This document shows positions 61,513 to 64,000 of a stretch of DNA of 64,000 nucleotides, piece after piece. Position 1 is the first letter of the stretch. The number at the start of each line of letters is the position of its first letter. Position numbers and translations under genes: made by a program. The DNA is from Candidatus Dormiibacterota bacterium (GTDB lineage: Bacteria; Acidobacteriota; Polarisedimenticolia; Gp22-AA2). The notes under the pieces are model-generated. The model searched no databases, had not been told where the DNA came from, and saw nothing but the letters and a program-made list of their open reading frames with translations. The stretch spans positions 11,885 through 75,884 of the forward strand of contig DASQAT010000054.1 in assembly GCA_035635555.1 (NCBI GenBank), read 5' to 3'.

Positions 61513-62796
61513 CTACTTTCCGAACTTCCAGCCCAGGTTCACTCCGAGGAGGTTGGTGAAATTCCTGTACTCCCCCGGCATGACCGGATCGGTGGAGCTG
61601 TTCGGATCGCCGGCCGCCACGCGATCCAGGAAATACAGGGCCTGGTAGGCGACGTCGACCGTGAATCCGTTCTTGCCGGTGAAACCGTATCCCACCTGGG
61701 CCGAGACTCGGTCGGCGTCCGGGAGACGCGGCCTCACGTGCTCCTTGGAGATGGGATTGAAATCGTAGTAAAGCCCCCAGCGGTACTGGTGCGTGTCGCT
61801 CGCGTGGTAGGCGCTTCCAAGACGGAACGAGTAGGTATCCTTCCAGTTCTCGGTCTGATCGATGTCTGCCACGACGGGGATCGGTCCAGGAAGAGAGGTG
61901 TTCTTCTCGATGTCGATCCTCAGATGGTCGAATTCGGACCAGTCGGTCCACACGACGTCAAACTCGCTTTCCCATCGTCCGTGAACGCTGGCCACGCCCG
62001 TGGCGAACGTGGCGGGAAGCGGCAGCTCAGCGCTTGCTCCGCCGTCCGGGAACAGGGCAGCCAGAGGCGCCGGAACGTTTTCAAACGTGATGTCGCCGTT
62101 GATCTTCGGCTTCATCTTCGATCGATAGGAGGCGCCCCAGCGCAAGCCATCCTCAGCGGCCCAGCGCACGGCGATGTTCCAGCCGATGTCGTCGCCGTCA
62201 CCCGTGATTTTTGTGAAGCCGTCGCATCCTGCGCATCCCAGCGGAGTCAGGTCGATGTTCCGGGAGAGCTCCCGGATATCCGCCCGCGCCCAATCGACTC
62301 CCACCGCGGCGGACCAGGTCCTGGCGAACGACCAGGCGAAATTTCCGTTGAAATTGAGCACCACCAGGTTCGACTCTCGCGAGATGTAGCGGCCGTCGAA
62401 AGTGTTCGACCACTCGGTCTTGAGCCCGAACGGCGAGGTGATCGACACACCGAAGGCGTACCGCTTTCCGGCGGTCTGCGTGTAATAGAGATTGGACGGC
62501 CAGGCGACGTTGTCCTCTTGAGCGAATACCTTGTTCGACAGCTGCGAGTCGAACGACGAGCCGGTCAGCAGGACCGCGTTGGTCCCGAAGCTGAACATTT
62601 TTCCCTTGAGCTGCACGATTCCCGCGGGGTTGAAGAACATCGCGCTCGGATCGTCGGCACGGGCCGTGAACGCGCCTGCGTTCGCCATCGCCCTGGCCCC
62701 CTGCTCGTAGATGGAATACCCGGAGGCGAAGACGGCGTCCGCCGCGGCCTGACCCAGTGCGAGGACTGCCAGGATGACTGCCGCTCTGCTGCGCAT
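61513..62796 (-). CDS. FadL/OMPP1/TodX-family outer-membrane hydrophobic-compound channel
   Basis: After a signal peptide (AVILAVLALGQAAADA) comes SGYSIYEQGARAMANAGAFTARADDPSAMFFNPAG, the family N-terminal hatch motif. It has a beta-barrel composition ending in F. Confidence 0.85.
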   Translation of the reverse strand: MRSRAAVILAVLALGQAAADAVFASGYSIYEQGARAMANAGAFTARADDPSAMFFNPAGIVQLKGKMFSFGTNAVLLTGSSFDSQLSNKVFAQEDNVAWPSNLYYTQTAGKRYAFGVSITSPFGLKTEWSNTFDGRYISRESNLVVLNFNGNFAWSFARTWSAAVGVDWARADIRELSRNIDLTPLGCAGCDGFTKITGDGDDIGWNIAVRWAAEDGLRWGASYRSKMKPKINGDITFENVPAPLAALFPDGGASAELPLPATFATGVASVHGRWESEFDVVWTDWSEFDHLRIDIEKNTSLPGPIPVVADIDQTENWKDTYSFRLGSAYHASDTHQYRWGLYYDFNPISKEHVRPRLPDADRVSAQVGYGFTGKNGFTVDVAYQALYFLDRVAAGDPNSSTDPVMPGEYRNFTNLLGVNLGWKFGK

Positions 62797-62954
62797 CGGT
62801 CCCCCCCTGCGGCACGCGCGTCGCGCACTCGACTCCTGAATCCCGCTCGCGCGGATTGGTCGCATCTTCCCCGACGTCGGTCCGCTTGTCAACGCCCTCG
62901 TGGTAGCATCCCCGGCGCGGCGCGAACGCGCGTGCCCCGTCGCGGAGGTCGATC

Positions 62955-63518
62955 ATGAGAGCCGTCGTCGTCCAGTCCATCCTGACGCTGTCGCTCGCGG
63001 CGAGCGCGTCCGCCGGCGAGCTGGCCGGCGTCGCCTTGCCCGACCGGATCCAGGTCGATTCGCGCACGCTCGTCCTCAACGGCATGGGGCTGCGCGAGGC
63101 GACGTTCCTGAAGGTGGACGTTTACGTGGCCGGCCTCTACCTGGAAACGAAGTCGTCCGACCCTGATGCGATCATCCGCTCGGAGCAGGCGAAGCGGCTG
63201 GTCATGAAGTTCGTGCGCGCCGTGGGGCGCAAGGACCTGGTGAAGGCCTGGGACGAGAGCTTCCAGGAGAGCGCCGGCGCGTCACTCGCGGCCCTCAAGG
63301 ATCGTGTCGCGACTCTGGACTCGTACATGAGCGACGTGCCGAACGGTGCCCTGATGTCGTTCACCTACCTGCCGGGTTCGGGGGTCACCGTCGAGGTGCA
63401 GGGCGCCACCAAAGGCGTCATCGCGGGAACCGACTTCTCGCAGGCTCTGTTCGGCATCTGGCTCGGATCGCACCCTCCCAATCCCGGCCTCAAGGATGGA
63501 CTTCTCGGCGGGCGCTGA
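62955..63518 (+). CDS. chalcone-isomerase-like (CHI fold) secreted protein
   Basis: After a signal peptide comes LVLNGMGLREATFLKVDVYVAGLYLE...LFGIWLGSHPPNPGLKDGLLG, the bacterial CHI-like family pattern. Confidence 0.85.
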   Translation: MRAVVVQSILTLSLAASASAGELAGVALPDRIQVDSRTLVLNGMGLREATFLKVDVYVAGLYLETKSSDPDAIIRSEQAKRLVMKFVRAVGRKDLVKAWDESFQESAGASLAALKDRVATLDSYMSDVPNGALMSFTYLPGSGVTVEVQGATKGVIAGTDFSQALFGIWLGSHPPNPGLKDGLLGGR

Positions 63519-64000
63519 GCGCCCGGTGCTCCCCGCGCGCGCCCGCACCCGGCGTTCCCGCGCGGGGGCGGCGGTCGCCGTGTCGCTGGTCCTGGCCACC
63601 GCGCCCCCTGTGCGCGCCGAGATGCGCAGCGAGTATCGCGTTCTGGCCACGTACCGGAGCGGCGACTTTGGATTGTCGGCCGGGACCCGCATCCTCGCGC
63701 TGCCGGTGACCTTCACGGTCATCTCGGATCGCCAGGAGTTCCGCGTGTCCGTGCCGTACCTGTACGTCACGAGCGACGACCCGGTGACCCTCGTCGGCAA
63801 CCAGGTGATCAAGCGGAACGGCGTACGGGGCGGCACCGAGTCGGGCCCCGGCGACGTGGTGGCCGAGGAGGAGCATTACCTCCTCGCGGGCGGCGGCGCC
63901 CGCCCGTGGCTCTCCATCCTCCTTGCGGTAAAACTTCCGACGGCCGACGAAGAAAAGGGTCTCGGGACCGGCCGGCCCGACGCGGGAGCGGGCCTGGGCC
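63496..64000 (+). CDS. outer-membrane channel-like protein (MetA-pathway/transporter family), 3' end outside window
   Basis: The frame is open from ATG 63496 to the window end; it is not in the ORF track because no stop is reached. There is a signal peptide (AVAVSLVLATAPPVRA). ESGPGDVV and LAVKLPTADEEKGLGTGRPD resemble the Phenol_MetA_deg-type barrel motifs. Confidence 0.5.
   Translation, partial: MDFSAGAERPVLPARARTRRSRAGAAVAVSLVLATAPPVRAEMRSEYRVLATYRSGDFGLSAGTRILALPVTFTVISDRQEFRVSVPYLYVTSDDPVTLVGNQVIKRNGVRGGTESGPGDVVAEEEHYLLAGGGARPWLSILLAVKLPTADEEKGLGTGRPDAGAGLG

Overview
This is a high-GC bacterial chromosomal segment, by eye about two-thirds G+C. It is densely coding, with about 60 plausible protein genes, and I found no rRNA, tRNA or CRISPR array. 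The gene content suggests a soil or sediment Gram-negative organism (Acidobacteriota-like or Myxococcota-like), but that is inference only: many secreted FG-GAP/VCBS, thrombospondin-type-3 and ASPIC/UnbV proteins, a sigma-54 enhancer-binding protein, an ECF sigma module and a Tat substrate.

Main blocks:
- 1-1650: partial SNF2 helicase plus a SWIM zinc-finger gene, abutting an N-terminally truncated CrtI-like oxidoreductase.
- About 2.7-5.4 kb: a clearly AT-richer island. It holds two orphan genes and an IS transposase remnant, and its ORFs are followed by integron attC-like sites. No integrase is visible.
- Three giant secreted proteins (5383-8034, 14134-17979, 37047-40829) share an unrecognised C-terminal module of about 85 aa.
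- 8.2-10.9 kb: small genes and several gene fragments, including a frameshifted M28 peptidase, a signal-peptidase stub, a RibD_C stub and a DUF4160/DUF2442 pair.
- 10892-12889: a secreted multidomain carbon-nitrogen hydrolase.
- 18167-23481: a GAF-GAF sigma-54 activator, followed by a good -24/-12 promoter in front of a STAS gene and three unknown secreted proteins.
- Housekeeping and accessory genes: cysteine-synthase-like, SRPBCC, TPR, CPBP, YiiX-like, rhomboid, PQQ-propeller, DUF1326, MFS, amidohydrolase, quinone oxidoreductase, a TPM/LemA pair with a nucleotidyltransferase gene between them, Zn-ADH and Fpg/Nei.
- A MoaD-like ubiquitin-fold protein coupled to a BNR propeller.
- An eRF1-like (baeRF) protein coupled to an amidohydrolase.
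- An M48 peptidase, CRTAC1-like and ADH operon.
- An ECF sigma, anti-sigma and Spy-like module.
- A FadL and acyl-CoA ligase pair next to a chalcone-isomerase-like gene and an outer-membrane channel gene that runs off the window.

Many long ORFs in the six-frame track are antisense or out-of-frame shadow ORFs typical of high-GC DNA, and I rejected them. All family assignments come from motif recognition by eye. No database search was run.
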